NCBI GenBank assembly: GCA_039028615.1
Contig: JBCCHT010000020.1
Coordinates: 96,001 to 160,000, forward strand
Direction: 5' to 3'
Source: Myxococcota bacterium
GTDB lineage: Bacteria; Myxococcota_A; Polyangia; Nannocystales; Nannocystaceae
DNA length: 64,000 nt
Part shown: positions 16,946 to 27,526 of the stretch, piece by piece
How positions within the stretch are numbered: position 1 is the stretch's first letter
How the letters are laid out: each line of letters starts with the position of its first letter
The notes under the pieces: model-generated
What the model was told of the DNA's origin: nothing
Database searches by the model: none
What the model saw: the letters and a program-made list of their open reading frames with translations, nothing else
Program-made: the position numbers and the translations under genes

Positions 16946-17947
16946 CTAAAAGCGTCCGGTCAGCGACAGGCCCCAGCCGTTGCGGTGGGCCAGCGGCGAC
17001 ACCGAGACATTCTTCGCGAGGTGTCGGAACTTCTTGTCGTAGCTGCGGAAGCCCGAGGCATAGCCACCCATGACCGCGCCGGGGATCGTGCCCAGCAGGC
17101 TGCCGTAGTAGCCCGCTTCCCACACGTTGGCCGTGCAGCGCTCGTCGGAGCACAGGAACCCAGCCGCCCGCGTGATGACCCACAGCCCCACGCCGCCGCC
17201 GAATAGCCCCCAGCCGAGGCCAAAGCGACGCTTGCGGCTGGAGGGCGTGCTCTCGAACAGCTCGGCGTGTGCATCGACCTGACCGCGACGCGCCATGCCG
17301 CCGATGGTCAGGCCCAAGGCCGTACCGATGAGCGGGTTGTAGAGGTAGCCGCCGGCCGCCAGCGTGCTCACGGGGCTGTTCGTGTCGGCGTTCCGCACCG
17401 CGCTGATCGAGGTGGAGATCTTGACCAGCAGACCCACCGTGCCCACGACTCCGGCGGCGATCAGCATGCCGCGACCGGTCCGAGTGGGTGCGGGCGGAGC
17501 ATTCTTCACCGCGAGGTCGGGCGGGGGTGGCCCAGCCGGAAGCACGGGCGCGGGCACGTCGGCGACCTGAACCGGCGGCGTCTCGGATGCCACGGGCTCG
17601 ACGGGCTCGGCCGCTTCGGGATCGACGGGGGCCTCACCGCCGGGCGGCGTGGCGGGAGCGGGCACCATCGACGGCGGCGCGCTCCCGGACGGCGCGGGGC
17701 CGGGCGCGGGCGCGGGCACCATCGACGGCGGAGGTGCAGCACTCGGCGGAGCGGTGCTCGGAGGCGGAGCGGCGCTCGGCGGCGGAGCGGCGCTCGGCGG
17801 CGGAGCGGCGCTCGGCGGAGCGACGGCGGGAGGCGTGGTCGCGGGCGGGGGCGCGGCCGCGGGTGGCGAAGCCGTGACCTCGGGCGGAGCCGCCGGCTGG
17901 GGTGCAGACGCGAGCAGGAGCGCGAGACAAGCCAGAGACAACGACAT
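16946..17947 (-). CDS. Exported Pro-rich membrane protein ending GLSLTGRF; paralog of 124-1101
   Basis: Signal peptide, SAAPPP repeats, shared LGWGLxGGGxGLWxITR segment. Confidence 0.8.
   Translation of the reverse strand: MSLSLACLALLLASAPQPAAPPEVTASPPAAAPPPATTPPAVAPPSAAPPPSAAPPPSAAPPPSTAPPSAAPPPSMVPAPAPGPAPSGSAPPSMVPAPATPPGGEAPVDPEAAEPVEPVASETPPVQVADVPAPVLPAGPPPPDLAVKNAPPAPTRTGRGMLIAAGVVGTVGLLVKISTSISAVRNADTNSPVSTLAAGGYLYNPLIGTALGLTIGGMARRGQVDAHAELFESTPSSRKRRFGLGWGLFGGGVGLWVITRAAGFLCSDERCTANVWEAGYYGSLLGTIPGAVMGGYASGFRSYDKKFRHLAKNVSVSPLAHRNGWGLSLTGRF
17720..17830 (-). repeat. Approximately 18-nt tandem repeat encoding SAAPPP
   Basis: ggcggagcggcgctcggc repeated on the + strand; boundaries approximate. 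Confidence 0.8.
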
Positions 17948-18178
17948 GGCGGCCCCCCGATAGTGCCCGGTCCGAGCGAAACGATCATCATCCGAGGGAC
18001 GGGCTGGCGCCGATCGGGGTCCGGGTGCCCCAAATCGCGGGTTTCCCCACCTAGGCGCTCATCCCGTCGTCGTGGGTGTGGCCGCGACAACGCCCACGGC
18101 ACGCCAATTGCCGCAAAACAGCGTCCGTAGACCTGCGTTCAGTGGTCGGCGTCGTATCGGCTGGGGGAGACTGGTTGT

Positions 18179-21100
18179 CTGAGCAAGGACGGCAAGTTCG
18201 GAACCTTCGGCGGGGTCTTCACCCCCTCCATCCTGACGATCCTCGGCGTCATCATGTACCTGCGCTTGCCGTGGGTCATCGGCAACGCCGGCCTCTGGAT
18301 GGGCCTGGGCATCATCGTCGTCGCCCACGTCATCTCGATCACCACCGGGCTGTCGATCTCCTCGATCGCCACCGACAAGAACGTCGGCGCGGGCGGGCCC
18401 TACTACATCGTCTCGCGCAGCCTGGGCCTGCCGATCGGCGGCACGCTCGGCTTGGCTCTATTCGTGGGGCTGTCGTTTTCGATCAGCCTGTACGTGATCG
18501 GTTTTTGCGAGAGCATGCTGTCGCTGACCGGCTTCGAGGTGAGCCCGGGCAACCTGCGGATCGCGGGCACGATCACCATCGTCGCGGTCACCGTCGTCAC
18601 GTTCATCTCCACCGCGTTCGCGATCAAGACGCAGTACCTCATCCTCGGGGCGATCGGCCTGTCGCTGCTATCGATCGCCTTCGGCTTCCTCGGCTCGAAC
18701 CCCGCCCCCGTCCCCGCCACGCCGCAGTTCGACGTGGCCCCCAACGCGCCCTCGATGGGTGAGCTGTTCGGGGTGTTCTTCCCCGCGGTGACCGGCTTCA
18801 CCGCGGGCGTGAACATGTCGGGCGACCTCAAGGACCCGAAGCGGGGGATCCCCGTGGGCACGCTGGCCGCCATCGGCGTGGGCATGGTCGTGTACCTGGC
18901 GCTGGCGGTGTTCCTCGCCTACCGGGTCGACGCCTCCGCGCTGCGCGACCAGACCGACGTCCTCACCCAGATCGCGGCCGTGCCCGCGGCGGTCACCGCC
19001 GGCATCTGGGGTGCCACCCTCAGCTCGGCGCTGGGCAGCATCCTCGGGGCACCGCGAATCCTCCAGGCGCTGTCGGTCGACCGCATCACCCCGCGCTTTT
19101 TCGCCAAGGGCACGGGCAAGACCAACGAGCCGCGCAATGCCCTGCTGCTCGCGTTCGTGATCGGCGAGGGCGGCATCCTCATCGCCGAGCTCGACGTCAT
19201 CGCGCGCGTGGTCTCGATGGTGTTCTTGGCCACCTACGGGTTCTTGAACATCAGCTCGGCCATCGAGAGCTGGGCGAGCCCGGACTTCCGGCCCGACTTC
19301 CGCATCCCCCGGCTGGTGAGCGTCATCGGAGCGGTCACCTGCGCGGTGGTGATGATCCAGCTCGACTTCGCGGCCATGGCCGCCGCGACCGCGATCCTCA
19401 CCGCGCTGTTTCTGCTGCTCAAGCGCCGCCAGCTCACCCTGGACGCGGGCGACACCTGGGAGGGCATCTGGTCGTCGATCGTGCGCGCGGGCCTGCATCG
19501 GCTCAACCAGAGCGGCCGCGGGCAGCGACGCAACTGGCGACCCAACGTGCTGACCTTCAGCTACGCGGGCGACTCCTCCCGCCCCCAGCTGCTCGAGCTC
19601 TCACGCGCCCTCATCACCGGCAACGGGCTGCTCACCGACTTCGAGCTGCTCGATCCGACCCGCGGCCACTCGGGAGACACCGACGACGACGATGACGACA
19701 CCAGCCCGGTGGGGGTCTTTCGTCGGCGTACGCCCTGCCGCGACTACTACGAGACGGTCTCCGCCGCCTGCCGCCACCATGGCTTCACCGGCATCGACCC
19801 CAACGCGGTCATGCTCGACTGGGACGTCGACCGCTCGCAGCCCGCCCGCCTGCTCGCCCTGCTGCGCAATACCGCCGAGCAAGACCTCAACCTGCTCGCC
19901 CTGCACTACGACGAGGAGCGGGGCTGGGGCCAGCGACGCCGGGTCGACATCTGGTGGCGGCCGCAGCAGGGCAATGTGGCGCTCAGCCTGTCGCTGATGC
20001 GCTTTTTGACCCGCTTCGAGGAATGGCGAGCGACGCAGCTGCGCTTCGTGCTCGTGTCCGAGGACACCTCGTTCAGCGACGACCTGCTGCACGCCATGCG
20101 AGGGGTGCTGGCCGAGGCTCGCGTCGAGGCCAAGGTCAAGGTGGTCGCCAGCCCCTCGCAGGCGCAGGGCTTCGAGGCCATGGTGCGCCAGGAGTCCAGC
20201 GATGCCGACCTCGTGGTCATGGGTCTACCGCGGACCCGCGACCTCGACGAAGAGCGCATCGCCAGCATCGACGAGATGCTCTCCGGGCTCGGCACCACGC
20301 TGCTGTTGCAGGGCTCTTCGCTCTTCGAAGAGGTCCTGCCCGTGGGCGGGCGCACCGGCCTGGTCGAGGCCATCGAGCGCGCCCAGTCCAGCGCCACCGA
20401 GCTTCGACCGCTGCACCTGCCCAAGATGGCCGAGCTGGAGGAGCCCGCGTCCAACTTCGCCTCGCGGCTGGGCAAGCTCACCGACGAGCTGTACCGGCTC
20501 GGCCTCGCCCCCGTGCTGGGGCGCCAGGAATCGCTGCTCAGCGACGTCAAGCAGCTGGTCGTGCGGCAGTTCGAGATCGTCCGCAAGGGCGTGGACGAGG
20601 CCGACCCCGCCCGCGCCCGCAAGCCCGCGGGGCGAGCCCAGGGCGGCTTCCTGTTCCAGGCCCGCAAGCTCATCGACACCTTCGAAGAAGAGGAGCTCCC
20701 CGCCCAGGCCAAGGCCTTGCACGATCGCCTCGGCACCTTCATCTCCGGCCTGTCTCGCCTCGGCCGCGACGTGCCCAAGACGATCCGCGTCCGCATGATG
20801 CCGGACGAGCTGGCGGCCAAGCCCGAGGACGAAGGCTACCTGCGGCGCTTCAAGTGGCGCCGTCGCTGGGCCTCCCGGCTGCTGCGCAGCACGACCTACG
20901 AGGCTCCCATCGGGGTGCTGCAAGCCTGGTACATCGACGAGGGCGCGGCCGAGCTGCTCGAGCAGACCTTGCGCGGGGTCGAGTCGTGCAGCCACCGGGT
21001 CACGGTCCAGCTGGGTAAGATCCTCAACGAAGCGGCGACCGAGCTGGGGGCGGTGCTGTCGGCCATCGACCGCCGGGACATCGACGCGGACGGCATCGAG

Positions 21101-23323
21101 GAGCGCAAGCGGCGGGTGGTGTCACACGTCGACGCGGCCATCGCCTTCGGGCGCGAGCAGACCGAGAGCATCGCTGCCCGCCTCGCCGAGCGCAGCCACG
21201 AGCTGAGCCAGTCGCTGTGTCGCGACATCGAGCGCCTCGACATCGGCCATCTCGTCCGCGGCGAGCGCAAGCCGCCCAAGGCCAAGGCCGCCGCCGCTCG
21301 CTTCGCGGCGCTGCGGACCAGCGCGGACACCTGGCGCGACCACCAGGCGCTATTGCTGCACCGGGCCCAGCTCGGGGTGCAGGTGGCCGCGTTCCAGCAT
21401 CGCTTCTCCGTGCTGGCCCTGCGGGCGCGCAACGACATCGTCCAGGAAATCCGCGGCTCGGTGCTCGGGGACGGCAACGCCCTGCTCGAGACGCTCAAGA
21501 ACTTCGCCGAGCAGGCCCAAGAGGGCGCCCCCAAGCCGCCTTCGGAGCGCGACCTCAAGGCTCGCTTCGACGGGCATGCCGTGCTGGAGACCATCGCCCG
21601 CGACGTGGACGAGCACGTCAAGGAGCTGCCCGAGACGATCACGACCCTGGGCGACGAGTCCATCGCTGCGCTCGAGAGCGGGGTGATGGCCGACCCCGAA
21701 GAGGTCACCGTCTCCGTCCGACCGCTCATCAAGGTGCTCATCGAGACCGAGTTCTTCGAGGTCATCAACCACGAGATCTCCGGCATCCCGCTGCAGGAGC
21801 AACGCACGGTGGGCGTGGCCCGGGACGTGATGCGGCTGTTGTCCTTCACCCTGGGCGACCTCGATGCCGCGGGCGGGTGGGACCACGCGGGGCTCCGCAA
21901 GCAGGTGCTGGGGGTCGTGCGCGAGGGCACCCATCGGCTCGAGGCCGAGCTCAAGGTCCTGCAGGCCACGCTCGACACCTTTGCCGACCAAGTGGGGCAG
22001 CAGCTCGAGACCCTGCGCGAAGAGACGGCCCCCTTCACCCTCACCAGCCGCTCCGATCGCCTCGCCCACTACATCCGCAGCCGCGGCAGCCAGCGCGCCG
22101 TGTCGCGGATCCGCGAGCTCGGCCAGCGCATCGCCGACCGCACCCGGGCCACCTTCGTCGCCCTGCTCTATCGCAGCAGCGCGGGGGTGCTCTTCGCTCG
22201 CAAGCTGCGGCGAGGCCAGGACGACGAGCAGACCGCGGTCGATCAGATCACCACCACCGCCCACGCGCTGACGCCTCGGCGCGACCTGATGCGCTCGCTG
22301 CCCTTCTACTACCGCCAGCTCTTCTCCGGGCAGGCCACCATCGGCGAGACCTTCTGGGTGGGACGCAAGGCGGAGCTCGACCGGGCGCGGGCCGCCATCA
22401 AGCGGCACGACCAGGGCGGCGCGGGGGCGCTGTTCGTGGTCGGCGAGATCGGCTCCGGGAAGACCGCCCTGTGCCAAGCGATCGTCAGCAAGCACCTGGC
22501 GCGTCGCACCGTGTATCGCATCACGCCTCCGCCCGGCGGCGCCATCGAGCTGGCCGCCTTCCGCCTGGCCATCGAGGGCGAGATCAAGGAGCGCGGCGAA
22601 CTCGATGCCCTGATCGCCGAGGTCCCCGACGGCAGCGTGTTCGTGTTCGACGACCTCGAGCTGTGGTGGGAGCGCAGCGACGCGGGGATGATCGTGCTGG
22701 AGCGCTTCATCGCGCTGCTGCGCGCCCACGGCCGCCGCTGCCTGTTCATCGCCAACCTCAACACCCACGCCTGGCGGGTGCTCAACCGCTCGGCCCGGCT
22801 GGCCGAGCACGCCCTGTCGGTCGTCGAGTGCGAGCCCTTGCCCGCCGAGGACCTCAAGTCGATCATCTCGCTGAGGCACGGCTCGACCGGGGTGCACTTC
22901 GAGCTCGACGGCACCCCGGAGGACGAGCTCGCCCCCTGGCGACAGGCGCGGCTATTCACCCGCTACTTCGACTTCTCCCACGGCCTGGTCGCGGTCGCGC
23001 TGCGGGCCTGGCTGTCGCATATCGACAAGATCGACGGCTCCACGCTGCAGGTTCGCTGGCCCAAGCGCCCGCGTGCCGATGCGATCGCCGACCTCCGCGT
23101 CGAGCTGCGGGCCCTGCTGGTGCAGCTCATCGTCCACAAGCAGCTCAACCTCCGCCGCCTGCGACGACTCTCCGCCATCGATCCTCCCACCCTCGAGGCG
23201 GACCTCGGCGCCCTCGTCCGCATGGGCCTCGTGCGCCGTGACGAACGCAGCGTCATGCACGTCGACCGCTTCATCGCCCACCTCGTCACCGACCGCCTGC
23301 GGGCGCAGGGGATGCTGGCATGA
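18179..23323 (+). CDS. Cation-chloride cotransporter (SLC12/APC-like) fused to a long helical region, a P-loop NTPase and a C-terminal wHTH-like segment; probable CTG start
   Basis: KFGTFGGVFTPSILTILGVIMYLR, GGPYYIVSRSLG, FFPAVTG, GAPRILQAL, RNWRPN; Walker A GEIGSGKT, Walker B VFVFDD. Confidence 0.88.
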   Translation: MSKDGKFGTFGGVFTPSILTILGVIMYLRLPWVIGNAGLWMGLGIIVVAHVISITTGLSISSIATDKNVGAGGPYYIVSRSLGLPIGGTLGLALFVGLSFSISLYVIGFCESMLSLTGFEVSPGNLRIAGTITIVAVTVVTFISTAFAIKTQYLILGAIGLSLLSIAFGFLGSNPAPVPATPQFDVAPNAPSMGELFGVFFPAVTGFTAGVNMSGDLKDPKRGIPVGTLAAIGVGMVVYLALAVFLAYRVDASALRDQTDVLTQIAAVPAAVTAGIWGATLSSALGSILGAPRILQALSVDRITPRFFAKGTGKTNEPRNALLLAFVIGEGGILIAELDVIARVVSMVFLATYGFLNISSAIESWASPDFRPDFRIPRLVSVIGAVTCAVVMIQLDFAAMAAATAILTALFLLLKRRQLTLDAGDTWEGIWSSIVRAGLHRLNQSGRGQRRNWRPNVLTFSYAGDSSRPQLLELSRALITGNGLLTDFELLDPTRGHSGDTDDDDDDTSPVGVFRRRTPCRDYYETVSAACRHHGFTGIDPNAVMLDWDVDRSQPARLLALLRNTAEQDLNLLALHYDEERGWGQRRRVDIWWRPQQGNVALSLSLMRFLTRFEEWRATQLRFVLVSEDTSFSDDLLHAMRGVLAEARVEAKVKVVASPSQAQGFEAMVRQESSDADLVVMGLPRTRDLDEERIASIDEMLSGLGTTLLLQGSSLFEEVLPVGGRTGLVEAIERAQSSATELRPLHLPKMAELEEPASNFASRLGKLTDELYRLGLAPVLGRQESLLSDVKQLVVRQFEIVRKGVDEADPARARKPAGRAQGGFLFQARKLIDTFEEEELPAQAKALHDRLGTFISGLSRLGRDVPKTIRVRMMPDELAAKPEDEGYLRRFKWRRRWASRLLRSTTYEAPIGVLQAWYIDEGAAELLEQTLRGVESCSHRVTVQLGKILNEAATELGAVLSAIDRRDIDADGIEERKRRVVSHVDAAIAFGREQTESIAARLAERSHELSQSLCRDIERLDIGHLVRGERKPPKAKAAAARFAALRTSADTWRDHQALLLHRAQLGVQVAAFQHRFSVLALRARNDIVQEIRGSVLGDGNALLETLKNFAEQAQEGAPKPPSERDLKARFDGHAVLETIARDVDEHVKELPETITTLGDESIAALESGVMADPEEVTVSVRPLIKVLIETEFFEVINHEISGIPLQEQRTVGVARDVMRLLSFTLGDLDAAGGWDHAGLRKQVLGVVREGTHRLEAELKVLQATLDTFADQVGQQLETLREETAPFTLTSRSDRLAHYIRSRGSQRAVSRIRELGQRIADRTRATFVALLYRSSAGVLFARKLRRGQDDEQTAVDQITTTAHALTPRRDLMRSLPFYYRQLFSGQATIGETFWVGRKAELDRARAAIKRHDQGGAGALFVVGEIGSGKTALCQAIVSKHLARRTVYRITPPPGGAIELAAFRLAIEGEIKERGELDALIAEVPDGSVFVFDDLELWWERSDAGMIVLERFIALLRAHGRRCLFIANLNTHAWRVLNRSARLAEHALSVVECEPLPAEDLKSIISLRHGSTGVHFELDGTPEDELAPWRQARLFTRYFDFSHGLVAVALRAWLSHIDKIDGSTLQVRWPKRPRADAIADLRVELRALLVQLIVHKQLNLRRLRRLSAIDPPTLEADLGALVRMGLVRRDERSVMHVDRFIAHLVTDRLRAQGMLA

Positions 23324-24099
23324 CCGCGCTGCTCGAAGCCGTGGGCCACCTCGCGCTGCTCCTGCTCGGCGGCGTCGCGCTCGTGTGGCTGTTGCGATCG
23401 CTCGGGGCCCTGGCGCGCATCAGCCCGCTGCCGTGGCGGATCAAGACCGCCCTCTTGCGCCTGGCTCCCGCCGCCGAGCTGATCCTCGCCGTCGCGTACG
23501 TCGCCTCCAGCCTCGCCTTCTTGCTCAACAACGACCGCGAGTTCGGCTGGATGGTCGCGGCCTTGGTGCTCGCGCTCGTGCTGTTTTCGTGGTCGGCCCT
23601 GTACGACCTCGTCTGTGGCGTCGCCTTCCGAGTCGCGCTGGTGTGCCGCCCCGGCGACCTCGTGCAGGTCGAGGACGTCGAGGGCCGCGTGATGGTGGTC
23701 GGGGCCCGGGCCCTGGTCCTTCAGACCCGCCAAGGAGACGAAGCGGTCGTGCCCTACGGGTGGATCGCCCGCCGAACCCTGCGACGCACGCAGTCGGTCA
23801 GCGGTGCCTACGTCCACGCCTTCGAGCTCGACCAAGAAGCGGGCGCGGGTTTCGCCGACCTCAAGCGCACCGTCATCGAAGCCGCGATGCGCAGCCACTG
23901 GTCGTCGGTGGTGCACGAGCCCAAGGTCGAGCGACGCGGCGGGACGAAGATCGAGGTCACCGTCTACGCCCACGATGCCGACCACGCTCCGCTGGTCGAA
24001 GCCGCGGTGCGGAAGGTGCTGGTGGGGCGTGAGGCCGCCCAGGTGTTCGACGGCGCACCGCCGCCTCGAACGCCGACATTTCGTCGTCCGCTCGGTTGA
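23320..24099 (+). CDS. MscS-like small mechanosensitive channel family protein
   Basis: Three TM helices, then PGDLVQVEDVEGRV...LQTRQGDEAVVPY beta-domain; ATGA-coupled to the upstream gene. Confidence 0.8.
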   Translation: MTALLEAVGHLALLLLGGVALVWLLRSLGALARISPLPWRIKTALLRLAPAAELILAVAYVASSLAFLLNNDREFGWMVAALVLALVLFSWSALYDLVCGVAFRVALVCRPGDLVQVEDVEGRVMVVGARALVLQTRQGDEAVVPYGWIARRTLRRTQSVSGAYVHAFELDQEAGAGFADLKRTVIEAAMRSHWSSVVHEPKVERRGGTKIEVTVYAHDADHAPLVEAAVRKVLVGREAAQVFDGAPPPRTPTFRRPLG

Positions 24100-24210
24100 G
24101 CGTGGCTCGACCCAGACCAGACCCGCGGCAACGTTGTGAAAGCGTCGTTCCGCGAGTCACGGCGGATTGGGACAGTGAGATCCGCACGATGTGGTGTCTG
24201 ATTCCATACG

Positions 24211-27200
24211 ATGGCATCCGAAGAGACCACGCAGGTCCTGGCTGGGTCCGGGCCACAGACACCGCCGTCGCCGAGCCCGCCCACGACCAAGGCCTCCGTC
24301 GCCGGGGGTGATTCGGCCTCATCGTACGGGCAGGACACCCTGGAGCGGATCGAGGCCCGCGTCCGTCAGCGCTTGCTCTCCGCCGGGTCGGCCTCCACTC
24401 GCATCGGGCGCTATCGCCTGCTCGAGCCCATCGGTCGCGGGGGCATGGGGGCCGTGTACACGGCCTACGACGAGCAGCTCGACCGCAAGGTCGCGCTCAA
24501 GACCCTGCTCCCCGAGCAGCTGCCCAGCGAGCGGATCCGGCTCCGTTTTCTCCGCGAGGCCCAGGCTCAAGCCCGCCTGTCTCATCCCAACGTCGTCACC
24601 GTGCACGAGGTCGGTGAGAGCAACGACGAGGTCTTCCTCGCCATGGAGTACGTGCACGGTCAGAGCGTGCGCGAGTGGCTCAAGTCCGAGCCCGCATGGA
24701 CGGAGGTGCTGGACGTGTTCGTCCGCGCGGGCCGAGGGGTCATGGCCGCCCACGATGCGGGGTTGATCCACCGCGACCTCAAGCCCGCCAACATCATGCG
24801 CAACGACGATGGCGTGGTGAAGGTGCTCGACTTCGGCCTCGCGCGGCTGGCCGAGTATGAAGACGAGTCGACCGAGGGGGCCCTGCCCGTCTCCGCGAGT
24901 TCCTCGCTTTCGTCGAACCTGACGCAATCCAACGTGATCATGGGGACCCCGGCCTATATGGCCCCCGAGCAGCTGGAAGGCCGCCCCCTCGACCCCCGCA
25001 GCGATCAGTACAGCTTCTGCGTCGCGCTGTGGGAGGGCCTGACCGGCACGCGCCCCTTCGGTGGAGAGGACGTCGACGGCCAGCTGAAGGCTCGTCTCGA
25101 TGGTCCCCCCGCGTGGCCGAGCGATGCCCCGCCCGTTCCCCGAGCCATCACCGACGCGCTGCGAAAGGGGCTCGCCGTCGATGCGGACGCGCGCTGGCCC
25201 TCGATGGCGCACCTGCTCACCGTGCTCGATCGAGACTCGGCTCGGGGCGGCCGCAAGTGGGTGGCCGGCTTCGGCGTGGCCACCGTGGCCGTCATCGTGG
25301 GCGCGGGGGTCAACCAGTGGGCCCAAGATCGAGCCGAGCGCTGTGCCGGAGCCACGACCAAGCTCGCCGCCGTGTGGGACGACGCGAACCGAACCCGAGT
25401 GCAGACCGCCGTCGCGAACGTGGACCGCCCCTACGCCGCCTCGGTGTGGACACGGACCGAAGCCGCGCTGGACGACTACGCCGACGCCTGGTCCGGGATG
25501 CATACCGAGGCCTGTGAAGCCACCACCGTCCGACGCGAGCAGTCGGGTCATGCCATGGATCTGCGCATCGCCTGCCTCGATCGGAGCCTGGTGGAGTTCG
25601 GGGCGGTGGTCGAGACGCTGGCCGACGCCGACACCAAGGTCGTCGACCGGGCGCACGTGCTGATGACCGAGCTGCCCGAGCTGTCTCGCTGCGCCGACAT
25701 CGAGGCCCTCGAGGCCGACGTCGCGCCCCCGGCCGACGCCGACGCACAGACGGTCGAGCGCGCTCGACAGCGCGTCGCCCGGGCTCGTAGCGAGCGCCTT
25801 GCAGGCCGCTTCAAGAATGCCCGGGTCGCCATCGAAGAAGCCGAGCAGCTGCTGACCGACGTCGACTACGGCCCGGCCAGCAGCGAGCGCGCTCTCGAGC
25901 AGGGGCACATCCTCACCGGGCTGGGCGAGTACGAGGCCGCGGTGGGTGCCCTCACCCAGAGCGTCACTCTGGCGTCCGAGTCACGGCAGTGGGACGTCCT
26001 GAGGCGAGCGTTGGCCAAGCGCATGTACGTCATCGGTGTGCGCCGACAGCAGCCCGAGGTCGCCCTCCACGACTGGCCCCTCGTGCTCGCCCTGGCGAAG
26101 CACGACCCCGTAGCGGAAAACCAGGCGCGCTCGAAGCACTCCTCCATCCTGCGCGTCCAGGAGAAGTACAAAGAAGCGGAAACGGAGCTACGCACGGTGT
26201 TGGCCTCGCGGCAGCAACTGCCGGGCACGTCACCGCTGTCGCTCGCCGATGCTCATCGGGGCCTCGGCGCGGTCCTGCAGATGCAAGGGCGCTCCGAGGA
26301 AGCCGAGGTCGAGCTACGCGCTGCGCTGGAGCTGTCGTTGCAGAGCGTCGACGCCGATCACCTCACCGTCGCCACCGCCCGCAACAACCTCGGCAACGTG
26401 CTCGCGGCGCAGGGGAAGCTCGAGGACGCCCTGTCCGAGTATCGCCAGGCCATCGAATCGGAGCTGCGCTCGCTGGGCTCCGACAGCCCGCGGCCGGCCC
26501 TGGCCCGGGTCAACATGGCCAACGCGCTGGTCGAGATGAAGCGCTACGACGAGGCGGAGACCGAGCTGAACACGGCCCTGGCGGTGCTGGAGAAGACCAT
26601 GGGGGCCGACCATCCCGCCGTCGCGGACGTGTGGCGTTTCTTGGCGCGACTGCTGACCGAGCAGGGTCGATTCGAAGAAGCCACCGTGCACGCCCGGGCC
26701 GCCGTCGAGGGCACACTGAAGAGGGTCGGCCCCGGCCATCCCGCCGTGGCCACCGCCCGCACCGATCTCGGCACCGTCCTGCGTGCGCAGGGCCGCACGG
26801 CCGAGGCCGAGCAGGAGCTTCGGGCCGCGCTGAAGGGCAAGCTCGAGGCCCTTGGCCCCGACCATCCCACCACCGGGCTGACGCGTACCGAGCTCGTCTT
26901 GGTGCTGATGCAGCAAGAAAAGTACGCCGAGGTGGCCACGGAATCGGCGGTCACGCTCGAGCACTTCGACGATCACACCGACCCGGACATGCGCCTGAGC
27001 GTCCAGGTCGTCCGCACCGAGAGCCTGCTTCTGCTCGGGCGTCACCAAGACGCGCTGACCTTGGCGTGGAAGAACTGGGACGAACGGAACGACGACGAGC
27101 CTCCCGTTGCCCTGGGCGACAAGGCATTCTTGCTCGCGCTGGTGACCTGGACCATCGACGGTCCCGGGCGCGACCGGGAGCAGGCCGAGAGCTCGGCCGA

Positions 27201-27330
27201 GCGGGCGCGGGAGTACTACCGAAGCGCAGGCGACTCGGCGGCGGGCCGCTTGCGCCGCGTAGAACAATGGCTCACGGCGCCACACGACCTGCGCAGCCCG
27301 ATCTTGAGCCTCGAGGCGGTCGGGCTCTAG
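24211..27330 (+). CDS. Membrane Ser/Thr protein kinase with TPR repeats
   Basis: GRGGMG, VALK, HRDLKPAN, DFG, GTPAYMAPE; TM segment; GxDHP TPR repeats. Confidence 0.95.
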   Translation: MASEETTQVLAGSGPQTPPSPSPPTTKASVAGGDSASSYGQDTLERIEARVRQRLLSAGSASTRIGRYRLLEPIGRGGMGAVYTAYDEQLDRKVALKTLLPEQLPSERIRLRFLREAQAQARLSHPNVVTVHEVGESNDEVFLAMEYVHGQSVREWLKSEPAWTEVLDVFVRAGRGVMAAHDAGLIHRDLKPANIMRNDDGVVKVLDFGLARLAEYEDESTEGALPVSASSSLSSNLTQSNVIMGTPAYMAPEQLEGRPLDPRSDQYSFCVALWEGLTGTRPFGGEDVDGQLKARLDGPPAWPSDAPPVPRAITDALRKGLAVDADARWPSMAHLLTVLDRDSARGGRKWVAGFGVATVAVIVGAGVNQWAQDRAERCAGATTKLAAVWDDANRTRVQTAVANVDRPYAASVWTRTEAALDDYADAWSGMHTEACEATTVRREQSGHAMDLRIACLDRSLVEFGAVVETLADADTKVVDRAHVLMTELPELSRCADIEALEADVAPPADADAQTVERARQRVARARSERLAGRFKNARVAIEEAEQLLTDVDYGPASSERALEQGHILTGLGEYEAAVGALTQSVTLASESRQWDVLRRALAKRMYVIGVRRQQPEVALHDWPLVLALAKHDPVAENQARSKHSSILRVQEKYKEAETELRTVLASRQQLPGTSPLSLADAHRGLGAVLQMQGRSEEAEVELRAALELSLQSVDADHLTVATARNNLGNVLAAQGKLEDALSEYRQAIESELRSLGSDSPRPALARVNMANALVEMKRYDEAETELNTALAVLEKTMGADHPAVADVWRFLARLLTEQGRFEEATVHARAAVEGTLKRVGPGHPAVATARTDLGTVLRAQGRTAEAEQELRAALKGKLEALGPDHPTTGLTRTELVLVLMQQEKYAEVATESAVTLEHFDDHTDPDMRLSVQVVRTESLLLLGRHQDALTLAWKNWDERNDDEPPVALGDKAFLLALVTWTIDGPGRDREQAESSAERAREYYRSAGDSAAGRLRRVEQWLTAPHDLRSPILSLEAVGL

Positions 27331-27526
27331 GTTCCCCCGACGCTGTACACGGAGCGAAGTGGCTGGTCCCGCGGACGATCGCCGGTCCGTCTGTCCGCGA
27401 TCCCGGACACCCCAAAACGAGCCCGCCCGGCGCCCCTGAGGGCTGAGTCGCCGAGGTCATTGCACATTTCCCCCGCGGGCATGGTCGGCCCCGCGACGGT
27501 ACGGCGGTTGCTTTGGGATCCGCCCG

